A stretch of DNA of 64,000 nt from an uncultured bacterium (GCA_964636385.1 CAZWSC010000096.1:131593-195592); one strand, 5' to 3'; counted from the stretch's first letter, positions 1-9,351 are shown. Notes: generated by a model not told the origin, from the sequence alone. Numbers and translations: made by a program.

Positions 1-113
1 TCCGCACCGTCGATGTGGGGACACCGGTGCTGGCCATGCACTCCAGCCGCGAGCTCGGCGGGGCGAAGGACCAGTTGTACATGATCCGCGCAATGGAACG
101 CTTCCTTGCCTGA
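1..113 (+). CDS. C-terminal fragment of an unidentified protein, running in from upstream of the window (...TVDVGTPVLAMHSSRELGGAKDQLYMIRAMERFLA*)
   Basis: Open frame from the window edge to TGA at 111-113 with a protein-like composition. No family recognised. Confidence 0.35.
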   Translation, partial: RTVDVGTPVLAMHSSRELGGAKDQLYMIRAMERFLA

Positions 114-933
114 GACGGGAGAGAACACGCCGGTGGAGGGAGCGCCGCCTTCGGGCCCTTTCGGAGAGCATCCCGCCGGACCCGGGGTTGTGAGGGCTTG
201 GGTCAGGATACGCAACCGGTCCGGGACCGCGGGGCCCCGGGAGGTCCGTGAACGCCCGAAGGCAGTCCTCTTCGATCTCTTTCACACCCTGGTTGATGTG
301 AACGACATTCCCGGGCCTTCATCCGCGGACATACTTGGTGTCGATCCGGATCTTTGGCGGGACACGGTCTTCTACAAGGCTGTGCATCACGCGCTCGGGC
401 ATGTGGTGGATCCGGTGGAGTCGGTCCGCAGGATCGCGCACTCAATCGATCCCTCGATTCCCGACGACCGCATTGTGCGGGCTGCAAGGGCCAGGCCCTT
501 ACGCTTCAGACGCGCCCTGCTTCAGGTGAGGCCGGAAGTCCTGGACATCCTGGGGAGACTGAAGGATTCCGGACTCCGCCTGGGCCTGGTCAGCAACGCC
601 TCGTACGACGAGGTTGAGGCCTGGCCCGACTCTCCCCTTGCCCCGTGCTTCGATACGGTCCTCTTCTCCTGTCGCGAAGGGGTGATGAAGCCTGACACGG
701 AGATCTACCTGAGGGCGGCGCGGAACCTGTCGGTGGAGCCTGATCTGTGCCTGTTCGTGGGCGATGGCGGGAGTTACGAACACGACGGGGCCCGGGAGGC
801 GGGTATGGCCACGGTCCTCTTTCTGGGGTTTCTGGAGAAGAGCCTCCCTGATGTCGCCGCGAAGCGGCCGAGGAACACCGACTGGGTTGTCTACACCATG
901 CGCGAACTGGCGGATCTCATCGAGTTGCTTTGA
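106..933 (+). CDS. HAD-superfamily hydrolase, haloacid dehalogenase-like subfamily IA
   Basis: HAD motifs are readable: motif I FDLFHTLVD (compare FDxYGTLxD of haloacid dehalogenases), motif II LVSNAS, motif III K in GVMKPD, motif IV FVGDGGSYEHDGAREAG. The ORF track starts at TTG 106 overlapping the upstream stop, so the true start may be later (no in-frame ATG before the DxxxT motif; GTG near 190 is possible). Confidence 0.7.
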   Translation: MPETGENTPVEGAPPSGPFGEHPAGPGVVRAWVRIRNRSGTAGPREVRERPKAVLFDLFHTLVDVNDIPGPSSADILGVDPDLWRDTVFYKAVHHALGHVVDPVESVRRIAHSIDPSIPDDRIVRAARARPLRFRRALLQVRPEVLDILGRLKDSGLRLGLVSNASYDEVEAWPDSPLAPCFDTVLFSCREGVMKPDTEIYLRAARNLSVEPDLCLFVGDGGSYEHDGAREAGMATVLFLGFLEKSLPDVAAKRPRNTDWVVYTMRELADLIELL

Positions 934-1550
934 GCCGTAGACTGCTGAAGCTCGCGATATGCCCATGCCATTGCAACCCAGGTTGTCGGCACCGTGATCA
1001 GGAGCCCCAGGCCGATGGCCATGGCGCCCAGGAAGTTGATTGCGGCCAGGATCAGTCCGAAGAGGAACAGGTTGCCTCTGCCGCCCTGTGTGAGATCTGA
1101 GCTTCGCCGGAGGGCCTCGATCGGCCCCAGCCCCTCGTCCAGAACAGCGAAGCGCGCATACCCGAACTGGATTCCCCAGATGAACGCCGGGACGATCAGC
1201 AGGATGAACCCGGCAGCGACGATGAGTCCGTAGAGGAGTTCCACCGCCAGGTAGTTCAGGATCCTGCGGCCACTGGAGAAGAGCCCGGCGTGGTCGTGGG
1301 CCTTTGCGTCGTGAACCCTCATTGCGGTCCAGACCCACAGCATCGTGACGCTGAACATGATGGCGAGCCTGAGAGGTCCGGCGAAAACAAAGGGTAGTCC
1401 GCCCCTGTCGGCGGAGTTGACGATCCAGTAGAGGAACGCGTACAGGATCATGATCACGAGCTGGAAGAGGATGAAGAATCCCAGATTGCGCTTCATCGCC
1501 TCCCAACCGTAGGAGATCGCCTCCGACTTGCGGAACTCCTTGCTGATCAT
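891..1550 (-). CDS. Polytopic membrane protein (DUF975/glycerophosphodiester-phosphodiesterase-membrane-domain-like), function unknown
   Basis: Five or six hydrophobic helices. Internal ATG at 1550 (MISKEFRK...) is preceded by GAGGAG about 8 nt upstream. The longer ORF to 1703 is probably a non-coding extension. The 3' end overlaps the convergent HAD gene by about 40 nt. Confidence 0.55.
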   Translation of the reverse strand: MISKEFRKSEAISYGWEAMKRNLGFFILFQLVIMILYAFLYWIVNSADRGGLPFVFAGPLRLAIMFSVTMLWVWTAMRVHDAKAHDHAGLFSSGRRILNYLAVELLYGLIVAAGFILLIVPAFIWGIQFGYARFAVLDEGLGPIEALRRSSDLTQGGRGNLFLFGLILAAINFLGAMAIGLGLLITVPTTWVAMAWAYRELQQSTAQSNSMRSASSRMV

Positions 1551-1716
1551 GCCGCTCTCTCCTCTCTGGTGACGCGTTCCGTAATCTCGCGCCCGGATTG
1601 CTTCCCCCTCACTGACCGACTGACCCCGACTGCAGTACGGCCCCAGGGGCACAGGTGTTGCTGATAGCACCGGCCACCCGGCCCGGATCCGTGAACCTGG
1701 CATGGCCCGATCGCAC

Positions 1717-4272
1717 TCATCCGGATTCAGTCCGCCTCAGTCCCTGACGCGCCGGGGTCCATCCCGGGCGCATCCGAAGCGCCATCCGGAACCAGTATCG
1801 CGCCTCGTCAGGTCTGCCCAGGGCTTCGCAGGTGAGGCCGAGATTCAGGACCGGTTCCGGCAGGCCCGGGGCCGTCTCGTGGGTCTCCCGAAACGCAGCC
1901 AAAGCCTCCTCCAGGCGGCCCATGTCGCGAAGTGTTACTCCCCGGTTGTTCCGTATCCATGGGTCTGCCGGATCGAGCTCGGCGGCGCGATCGAATGCCG
2001 CGAGGGCCTCCTCCAGCCGGCCGCGGGCGTGCTCGGCCTGGCCCAATCCTGCCCATGCGTCCGGGAGGTTTCGAGACCATTCCAGCGCGCTGCCATAAGC
2101 TTTGGCCGCCGCTTCTGGGCGATTTCGGAAGAGGCTCATGTCACCCCAGAGGACCCTCAGAAGCCCGGGATCCTCGTGCAAGAGGAAAGCGCCTGACAGG
2201 TACTCCGCAGCCCGTGGAGTAGCCCCGGCGGCCTTCAGCTCGAGTCCCGCCAGGTTTGCGAGGAACTGACCCGGCCTGATGAGGCGCCGCAGCGCCTGAC
2301 GGGAGACTGCGACTGCCGCAGCCGGCCCTTCGCCCTCCATCGCCGTGCGGAACAGCAGGTCCCAATGCACCTGCCGCAGAGGCCTGCGCTCGACGAGCCT
2401 GGCGGATGCTGCCAGGGCCTGTGGAGGTGGAGCAAGCCGCGCGGAGATGACATCCAGACGCTCGGCGCAGGCTGCGCCTCCGGGAATCGATGCCAGGCGA
2501 AATGCCGCCTCCTCCCGCCGTGCCTGGGTGGACAGGCCGGCGCCTTCCATGGCATGTACCTGGGCGATATCCCGCTCCAGGCGGATCACGGCGCTGTGAG
2601 TCGTCAGTGGATCATCGGGGAGGCGGTCGCGCAGCAGATCAGCCCGTCCTTCCAGGAACGCGGCCATGATCAACGCAAACACCATGAACACGAGAAGGAG
2701 CGGAGTATCGGGCCTCCTCATGCGCAGGGTCATGAGCGCCCCTGACAGTGCGAACAGAGCCGCGATCGCAGTGAAGGCAGGCCCCATGGGCAGAAGGGCC
2801 GGCGCCAGCGCGTACCCGGCAAGGACCAGCAGGGCAGTCCACCTGCGTGCGGCGTGAAACGGCAGCAGGGTTGCCAGGGTCATCACACCAGTCGCCGCGT
2901 CGCCCCTGCTGTCCTTCAGATCCTTGGCCGTGAACCCCAGCGTAATCCCCGCCAGCAGCAGCCACAGCACCCGGCGGGGGAACGCCCAGGCTGCCGCCTC
3001 TCCAGCCACCAGCGCGAACCCGGTCAAGGCCGAGAGCGCAGTCAGCGCTGCCAGGGTTGCGGTCGATATCCCGGGGATCCTCTTCAGGCGCAAAGGCGGA
3101 GCGGAGTAGAGCCAGGAGAGAAGGAGACACGCCGACATCAACAGCAGGGCCGGATAGGAGACGATCCAGGCGAGGTACAGGGCGATGCCGCAGCAGACGC
3201 CGGCCCACGTGCGGACGTGCCCATGTTCCAGCAGGCCGCTGACCAGGGGCCTTCCGGGATCGTTGATGCGGTCCGCCCCCGAGTCATGGAGATCGTTCCA
3301 GGCGATCGCCGCCAGGACAGCCGAGACCATTGCGGCCCACAGGGCGAGGACTGCGGCCCAGTCCAGCGGGTTGGCGAACAGTCCGGGCAGGTAATCACGG
3401 AAGACGAGGTACCCGAGGTAGCAACCCAGGGGAGCCACGGCCGAGTAGTGCAGCACCCGCGTCCAGGGAAGCCGGCGCACAACCGGGACGAAGAGGTCGG
3501 GGTGGAGCCTCCAAAGGAATACCGGGAGAGCGGCCAGGGCTGGAACAGCGAGCGAGACTGCCAGTCGCCTGCTCTCGCCTGTGACCAGGCCGCCCATGCG
3601 GAAGACCGACTCGTATGCCGGGATCTCCACCGGCTGCCATGGCGCGGCGAGGCGGGCCGCCAGCGCAGGCCACATCCCCAGCACTGCCGAGATCACGTAC
3701 ACGCCCAGCGCGGCGCCGACCGCGCGCAGGAGCGCGGCCGGGATCCCCGCACCGGGCACTCCGGGGGTGGCGCCCGGGGGAGCGCCGAAGGTGCGCGATC
3801 CTGCCCTGCTCCGCAGTGCAGTCCAGGCGTACAGTGCGGCCAGGAGGCAGGCCAGCGCGATCTCGACCCGCTGCCCCGGGCTGACCTCGTCAACAGCCCT
3901 CAAAGGGTTCCAGAAGTGGATGAGAAAGCCTCCGGGTCCGGTCAGGTAACGCAGGTCATACCCCGGGCCACCGGAGACGACACCGTCGATGACCGGCGCC
4001 AGAAGAAGAACGGCGTACGCGAGAGAGACGGCGCGCACCACCCTCGCCATCGGCCTGCCGGACGTCAGGTGAATCCAGAGTGAAAGAAACAGGAAGAGAG
4101 CCAGATAGAAGAACGGGAAGTGCAGGACCATCATGGCGAGGGAGACATCTTCCCTCCAGTCGAAGCCAAGCATGCCGGGCCGTTCGAGAACCCCTTCCAG
4201 AAGGTTCCGCAGGACAATCCAGGCCAGCAGGAGCGCCATCCAGCTCCATGGAAGCTTCCTGCCGCCCTCCAT
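1717..4272 (-). CDS. Large polytopic membrane protein with C-terminal TPR repeats (O-antigen-ligase/DUF2723/TMTC-like architecture)
   Basis: About 14 or more predicted TM helices followed by about 5 TPR-like repeats (AWAGLGQAEHARGRLEEALAAFDRAAELDP...). Start placed at ATG 4272 (MEGGRKLPWSWMALLLAW...) because a strong terminator hairpin (4438-4465) sits between this position and the ORF-track start at 4491. Start uncertain. Confidence 0.6.
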   Translation of the reverse strand: MEGGRKLPWSWMALLLAWIVLRNLLEGVLERPGMLGFDWREDVSLAMMVLHFPFFYLALFLFLSLWIHLTSGRPMARVVRAVSLAYAVLLLAPVIDGVVSGGPGYDLRYLTGPGGFLIHFWNPLRAVDEVSPGQRVEIALACLLAALYAWTALRSRAGSRTFGAPPGATPGVPGAGIPAALLRAVGAALGVYVISAVLGMWPALAARLAAPWQPVEIPAYESVFRMGGLVTGESRRLAVSLAVPALAALPVFLWRLHPDLFVPVVRRLPWTRVLHYSAVAPLGCYLGYLVFRDYLPGLFANPLDWAAVLALWAAMVSAVLAAIAWNDLHDSGADRINDPGRPLVSGLLEHGHVRTWAGVCCGIALYLAWIVSYPALLLMSACLLLSWLYSAPPLRLKRIPGISTATLAALTALSALTGFALVAGEAAAWAFPRRVLWLLLAGITLGFTAKDLKDSRGDAATGVMTLATLLPFHAARRWTALLVLAGYALAPALLPMGPAFTAIAALFALSGALMTLRMRRPDTPLLLVFMVFALIMAAFLEGRADLLRDRLPDDPLTTHSAVIRLERDIAQVHAMEGAGLSTQARREEAAFRLASIPGGAACAERLDVISARLAPPPQALAASARLVERRPLRQVHWDLLFRTAMEGEGPAAAVAVSRQALRRLIRPGQFLANLAGLELKAAGATPRAAEYLSGAFLLHEDPGLLRVLWGDMSLFRNRPEAAAKAYGSALEWSRNLPDAWAGLGQAEHARGRLEEALAAFDRAAELDPADPWIRNNRGVTLRDMGRLEEALAAFRETHETAPGLPEPVLNLGLTCEALGRPDEARYWFRMALRMRPGWTPARQGLRRTESG

Positions 4273-4437
4273 GAGGCCTAGAAGCCCGCCACCGCCCCCC
4301 GGGTCGGCTGCTGGAGCGTGTGCGCCATCCAATGGTTCGGTGTCATCCCTTGTCTGCACGACAGCTGTGTGTCTCCTCCCTCGTCTGCCCGCGGGATGGT
4401 TGGGATCCGCCTCCCCAGCCGGGTTCCACAACGAAAA

Positions 4438-4465
4438 CGCCCCGGGGAGGAATACCTCCCCGGGG
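4438..4465 (-). terminator. Intrinsic terminator-like hairpin downstream of the S8 peptidase gene
   Basis: Perfect 12-bp GC-rich stem GCCCCGGGGAGG / CCTCCCCGGGGC with a 4-nt loop. On the minus-strand transcript it is followed by GUUUUCGUUGUGG. Confidence 0.55.
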
Positions 4466-4502
4466 CATTTTCCGGAAAACGTGACTTCCAATCCAGTGAT
4501 TA

Positions 4503-6869
4503 CTACCTGCTGATCACCACCTTGGTCGTCGTCTTGTGCTCGCCTGCCTGCATGCGCGCGAAGTAGACGCCGTCCGCGACGCGTGCACCGGCCTGATCGC
4601 GGCCTTCCCAGGTGACGAAGTAGCTGCCTGCCTTCTGGCCCTTCGAGACCAGGCTGCGTACGAGACGCCCCTGAACGTCCACGATGTCGAGCTGGACCGG
4701 GCCGGAGAAGCCGGCCGGCACCTGGTAGTAAAGCCGGGTCATGCCCGAAACGGGATTCGGGCTGGCGCGGATCCCGGCAACTTCCGCCAGGCTCTCGGGA
4801 ACGGAGGACTGGTCATCCTCAGGCCAGTTGGCAAAGGCGCCGTTCATGGACACTGCGAAAGGCTGCGGGCCCTGCGGCACGTTCTGCCCGATGACCTCCA
4901 CGGTCCAGACACCCATCTGCGGGTTGGCGACCCTGACACCTTCTTCCACGTTGAGGTTGTCGTGGCTGCCGCCGGTGACCGAGAAGCCGCCGCTGAAGAC
5001 GTTCCCCTTGTACTGCTGGCCACCAGGTGCGGTTACCAGCAGGTCCAGGTTGTTCACCAGCTTGATGCCGCTTCCGGTAGCGCCCGGATAGTCAGTCCAT
5101 ACGAGGGTGATCACGAGGGGCTCGGCCGAGCTGTCGATCTCGAACTCATCGCTCCAGACCTGGCCTGTGGTCAGGCCCGGGGTGACGTCCTCAGCCATCA
5201 GCTCGCGGGTGTCGCCGGAGAAGTAGAGGGAGTTGTCCATCAGCATCCGGCCCCAGCCCTCGTCGTTGTTCGGGATGTTCGGAGTACCCATGTCAGCCGT
5301 GCTGGATATCAACACCGACTTGACCAGGGCTGCGCTGGGAGAGATCGGATCGCCTCCGGACTCGCCGAGGGGGTAATAGCCGTCCTCGAAGTACTGGCGC
5401 ACATTCAGGGCCATTCCGGCAACCGCGGGGGTGGCCATGGAAGTGCCCTGGAAGGGGCTTCCCTGAACATTGCAGGTGGGCGAGGGCGGGTTGCCGGTGT
5501 GGTTCTGCGCCGAAAAGATGAAGGTCGGAGACTCTCCGCCGGGGGCGGTCATGGTCGGCTTCAGACGTCCGTCCGCCGCAGGTCCACGGCTGGAGTAGCC
5601 GGCCATGGTGTCCTGCTGCGGGGCCTGGCGTGTTGAACCGACGGTGACGCAGTTCTTCGCCGTGCCGGGTGTTCCGACTGTGCCGCTGCCCGGGCCGCTG
5701 TTGCCCGCCGCGAAGACGATCAGGAACTCCTTGTTTTCCCACATCGCCCGGTCCACATCCCTGCTCATGGCGTCATACGAGTTGCTCGTACTACCCCAGC
5801 TGTTGGTGTGGACGCGTGCGTTCAGGCCGTAGGAGGCCACAAAAGCACCGTAAAGACTGGACGGGATGTTGACCGCACCAGTAGTGCATGACCAGGAGTC
5901 ATCTTCCCCGACGTCCTGGACCGTGAACTTGGCCTTGTAGGCCATCCCGTTATGGTCGTAGTTGCCCGGGTTGATGAACGACTGATCCCCCGCCATCGTT
6001 CCGGCAACATGTGTGCCGTGGCCCGGGCTGCAGCCGTCGTAGGGGTTGCCGCCGGTCAACGAGTAGTCGATCACCTTCCTGTGATCCGGGCCCGGGGGGG
6101 CATTGCCGACATCGCGGAACCAGCAGGAGTTGTAGTCCACACCGCTGTCCATGATTGTCGCGATCTGGCCTTCGCCGTTGATGCCGCGATCCCACAGCGG
6201 GGTTGACCCGCTGGTGTTCGACTGCACGACCCACTTGGTGACGTGATTCCAGGTCCTGTACTCGGGTCGCTCCTCGATCCACCATACCTGCTGCATGCGG
6301 GCGAGTTCGGGGATCAGCTCTTCAGGAGCCTGTACCAGCAGGCGGCGCACGTGGCCGTCATCGTGGACCTCGGGTACCTGGCCTCCCATGAGCCGGATTG
6401 CCTCGGCGACGCCATGTGGGTCCTCGAAGACCTGGACCAGCAGCGTGCGGAAGGGATCGGCCAGGCGCTGAGGCCCCAGCTCATGCAGCCCTATCATGGG
6501 GCAGATCTTGTATGCGGGATGGAAGTGGCCCATCCAGCGGACCTCGGGCAGGTTCCGGACCCTGCTGTGGGCCTGCGAATCCAGGCCAACGATGAATGCA
6601 TAGTCCGGGATGTATCCGTACAGGGTGGCCCCGGCAGACTCCAGGCTCTGCTTCCATTCCCCGGTGATGGGGGAGTCGGCCTGGACAAGGAAGTACCCGA
6701 AATCGGCGGTGTCACGGGTACCGAAGGTCAGGTCGTCGGGCAGCTCCGGTTCTCCCAGCACGGGATCGAATCGATAAGCTTCGAGGTCGATAATCACGGC
6801 TTGAGCTGAAGCCGCGGTCATGATCAGGAAAAGCAACGAGAGCGTGGCGAGAGTGATCCTCCTCAGCAA
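4503..6869 (-). CDS. Subtilisin-like serine peptidase (S8) with signal peptide and C-terminal FlgD/Por-type (T9SS-like) sorting domain
   Basis: Signal peptide MLRRITLATLSLLFLIMTAASAQA. S8 His motif GHGTHVAGTMAG and Ser motif GTSMATPAVAGMAL. C-terminal about 80 aa match the CTD pattern (LDIVDVQGRLVRSL...GVYFARMQAG...KVVISR). Confidence 0.88.
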   Translation of the reverse strand: MLRRITLATLSLLFLIMTAASAQAVIIDLEAYRFDPVLGEPELPDDLTFGTRDTADFGYFLVQADSPITGEWKQSLESAGATLYGYIPDYAFIVGLDSQAHSRVRNLPEVRWMGHFHPAYKICPMIGLHELGPQRLADPFRTLLVQVFEDPHGVAEAIRLMGGQVPEVHDDGHVRRLLVQAPEELIPELARMQQVWWIEERPEYRTWNHVTKWVVQSNTSGSTPLWDRGINGEGQIATIMDSGVDYNSCWFRDVGNAPPGPDHRKVIDYSLTGGNPYDGCSPGHGTHVAGTMAGDQSFINPGNYDHNGMAYKAKFTVQDVGEDDSWSCTTGAVNIPSSLYGAFVASYGLNARVHTNSWGSTSNSYDAMSRDVDRAMWENKEFLIVFAAGNSGPGSGTVGTPGTAKNCVTVGSTRQAPQQDTMAGYSSRGPAADGRLKPTMTAPGGESPTFIFSAQNHTGNPPSPTCNVQGSPFQGTSMATPAVAGMALNVRQYFEDGYYPLGESGGDPISPSAALVKSVLISSTADMGTPNIPNNDEGWGRMLMDNSLYFSGDTRELMAEDVTPGLTTGQVWSDEFEIDSSAEPLVITLVWTDYPGATGSGIKLVNNLDLLVTAPGGQQYKGNVFSGGFSVTGGSHDNLNVEEGVRVANPQMGVWTVEVIGQNVPQGPQPFAVSMNGAFANWPEDDQSSVPESLAEVAGIRASPNPVSGMTRLYYQVPAGFSGPVQLDIVDVQGRLVRSLVSKGQKAGSYFVTWEGRDQAGARVADGVYFARMQAGEHKTTTKVVISR

Positions 6870-7122
6870 GGGGTGCCTCCTTTCCTCTCCACCGGACGGC
6901 CCTGTGGCCGCAACGCAGGCGCAGGAATGGCGTCCGGAGTCCCCCGACGCCTTCCGGCAGACGGCAAACCACTTCCGGGACAGCGGAGTACTGCCCGTTG
7001 GACAGGATATGCGCAGGCCCGGAAGCGCAAGAGAATGACACGGTTATTATACAACGGCAGACCGGTGCGGTCAAGTTGGCCGTCAGCACAGGTGATGGTT
7101 GACCGCCTGCGATTCGGCCCGG

Positions 7123-8682
7123 CTAACCCCCTACGGCCCGCAGCAGGTCTGCGTTGGTCCTGTAGGTGTCCATCATCTTCAGGAGGCCGAGCATCGCTTC
7201 GTCCGCCTTCCTGTCGGCCAGGAACCTTCGCAGCAGATGGAGCCTGCTTATCGCATCCACCGGGTAGAGCTTCTCCTCCTTGCGGCTGCCGCTGGCAAGG
7301 ATGTCCACGGCGGGAAAGATCCTCTTGTTGGCGAGGTCTCTTGAGAGAACGATCTCGGTGTTTCCGGTCCCCTTGAACTCCTCGAATATCACCTGGTCCA
7401 TTCGTGATCCGGTGTCCACCAGGGCAGTGCCGACTATGGTGAGGCTGCCGCCGTGCTCGATCTTCCGCGCGGCGCCGAAGATCCGCCGGGGGCCGTACAT
7501 CGTGCCCGCGTCGAGTCCACCGGAAAGGGTGCGCCCCGAGCTGTCGGAGAAGACATTGTAGGCGCGCGCCAGGCGGGTGATCGAGTCGAGCAGCAGCACC
7601 ACATCCCTGCCTGCCATGACTTCTTCAGCCACACGGATCACCGTCTCCTCGGTGGTGCGGATATGCGTCTCGGGGGTCATGTCATTGGAGCTGGCCACAA
7701 CCTCGCAGTCGACGCTGCGGCGGAAGTAGGTGACCTCCTCCGGCCGCTCATCCACGAGAAGGACGACCACCTCGACATCCCTGTGATTGCGCAGGATCGC
7801 CTGCGCCATGGCCATGAGCAGCAGGGTCTTTCCCGCCTTCGGCGGAGAGGTGATCAGGCAGCGCTGACCCCGTCCGATCGGAGCGATCAGATCGATCACG
7901 CGGGTGCTGTAGCCATCCGGTTCGTTCTCCAGGATGAGCCGTTCATGTGGATCGATGCTGACTCCCCGATGGAGTGTTTTCAGCTCGTCCAGCAGACTGC
8001 GCTTCCGGCCGGAGTCGCGGCCCCCGTATCTGCCCCGGTGTCCCCGCCCGTTCATCCTGGATCGCGGATCGGACCTGTCCCGCCCTTCCTGCCTGCCGCG
8101 GTGGTCAGGCCGTCCGCGTCCCGGTCCGCGTGACGGCACGTCGCCCCTGGAACGGCTGTCTACCTGTCCACGATGTCCCGCACCGCGGAGAGGGGACTGA
8201 CCGCGGCCGGCCTGGGCCCTGTGCGGAGGGCGGGTGCGGTCGTTGTCCCTGGTTCGCCCCTGGCGAAGCGGCCTCATTGCCGGCTTTCCGGCCTCCCTGC
8301 GGGCCGGCAGGCTGCGGTTGTTCTGATCGGACGGGGGCGGCCCCGTCCTGGCCTGCTGCGCATCGACCGGGCCGATCCAATCGCCCCCGTCCGCCGCGGA
8401 ATCGCCCGGGGCCGGCTTTCTTCTCGTTGTCCGCGGGCGAATGGTCCTTGCCGGGCCGTCGGTCCCGGTGCCGGAATCCATGGCCGGCCCGGGGCGAACC
8501 TGCGGTTCGGGGTCCGTCGTCTTCCGTCCCCTGCTCCGTCGGGACGCGCCCCCTGTCCGGCCGGCCTTCCTCCCGGTCGTTCCTTCCGCCCGGCTGGGCT
8601 CAGTCCTCTTCTTCGATGCTGTCTTTCCGGCACGCGGAGTGCGCCCTGGTTTCTTCTCGTCGTCCGGTTGATCCTTGGACAT
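7123..8682 (-). CDS. rho: Transcription termination factor Rho with atypical N-terminus (RG-rich disordered segment instead of the canonical N-terminal domain)
   Basis: C-terminal 292 aa align to the Rho connector and ATPase: Walker A GRGQRCLITSPPKAGKT, LLDSITRLARAYN, Q/R loops GGLDAGTMYGPRRIFGAARKIEHGGSLTIVGTALVDTGSRMD, and C-terminus like E. coli Rho. Start placed at ATG 8682 (MSKDQPDDEKK...) because the ORF-track extension to 9339 overlaps trxA on the other strand. Residues 1-227 are Arg/Gly/Pro/Thr-rich with no OB-fold signature. Confidence 0.82.
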   Translation of the reverse strand: MSKDQPDDEKKPGRTPRAGKTASKKRTEPSRAEGTTGRKAGRTGGASRRSRGRKTTDPEPQVRPGPAMDSGTGTDGPARTIRPRTTRRKPAPGDSAADGGDWIGPVDAQQARTGPPPSDQNNRSLPARREAGKPAMRPLRQGRTRDNDRTRPPHRAQAGRGQSPLRGAGHRGQVDSRSRGDVPSRGPGRGRPDHRGRQEGRDRSDPRSRMNGRGHRGRYGGRDSGRKRSLLDELKTLHRGVSIDPHERLILENEPDGYSTRVIDLIAPIGRGQRCLITSPPKAGKTLLLMAMAQAILRNHRDVEVVVLLVDERPEEVTYFRRSVDCEVVASSNDMTPETHIRTTEETVIRVAEEVMAGRDVVLLLDSITRLARAYNVFSDSSGRTLSGGLDAGTMYGPRRIFGAARKIEHGGSLTIVGTALVDTGSRMDQVIFEEFKGTGNTEIVLSRDLANKRIFPAVDILASGSRKEEKLYPVDAISRLHLLRRFLADRKADEAMLGLLKMMDTYRTNADLLRAVGG

Positions 8683-9030
8683 CTGATTCACGAACGCTCC
8701 CTTCCGGCCCCGCCGGCACGTGCTGAGTTCGATAGGATTGAGATCTGTTAGGCCGGCACTATAGCATGGAGGCATGTGTACGGCCAGAAATGCAGGCCGG
8801 TTTAGAGTTGACGGCTGGCCGCGATCGACACCCCGGTCGGCCCCGGGAGCCCCCGGCCCGGAACACCTCCCGGTCGTGCCGGCGTCCTGATGTGGTAGAG
8901 TCTTTCGCACGCCCCGCCGACTCGCGCGGCATCGGGGCACTCGGATGGTCTGAAGACAGCAATCGATTCCGGAAGGTGTCCTCAGTGTGGCCTCCGGACT
9001 GGTGATCGATGCAAGGAAAGGAACACGGAG

Positions 9031-9351
9031 ATGGAACATGTGAACGACGCCGACTTTGCCGAGCGGATCAAGGCTGTGAAGCTCCCGCTGGTTCTGGACT
9101 TCGGTGCGACCTGGTGCGGCCCCTGCAAGAAGATCGAGCCCATTCTGGACGAGCTTTCCGGCGAGTACGAGGGCAGGGTGGAGTTCCTGAAGGTGGATGT
9201 GGGAGAAGCTCCCGAGACTGCCCGGTCGTATGGGGTCATGAGCGTGCCCACCGTCATATTCATGAAGTCCGGCGAGCCGGTGTACCGCTTCTCCGGGGTT
9301 CAGAGCAGGGAGAAGATTGTGCAGCTCCTCGGGGAACACTTCGGGATCTGA
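9031..9351 (+). CDS. trxA: Thioredoxin
   Basis: WCGPCK active site with typical thioredoxin length and flanking motifs. RBS AAGGAAAGGAAC upstream of ATG. Confidence 0.95.
   Translation: MEHVNDADFAERIKAVKLPLVLDFGATWCGPCKKIEPILDELSGEYEGRVEFLKVDVGEAPETARSYGVMSVPTVIFMKSGEPVYRFSGVQSREKIVQLLGEHFGI

Noticed and set aside
4536-5636. 366-aa plus-strand ORF
   Set aside because: Antisense to the S8 peptidase gene; no motifs.
8683-9339. N-terminal 219-aa extension of the rho ORF as given in the ORF track
   Set aside because: It overlaps trxA on the opposite strand for ~300 nt and has no Rho N-terminal-domain features. The internal ATG at 8682 was chosen instead.
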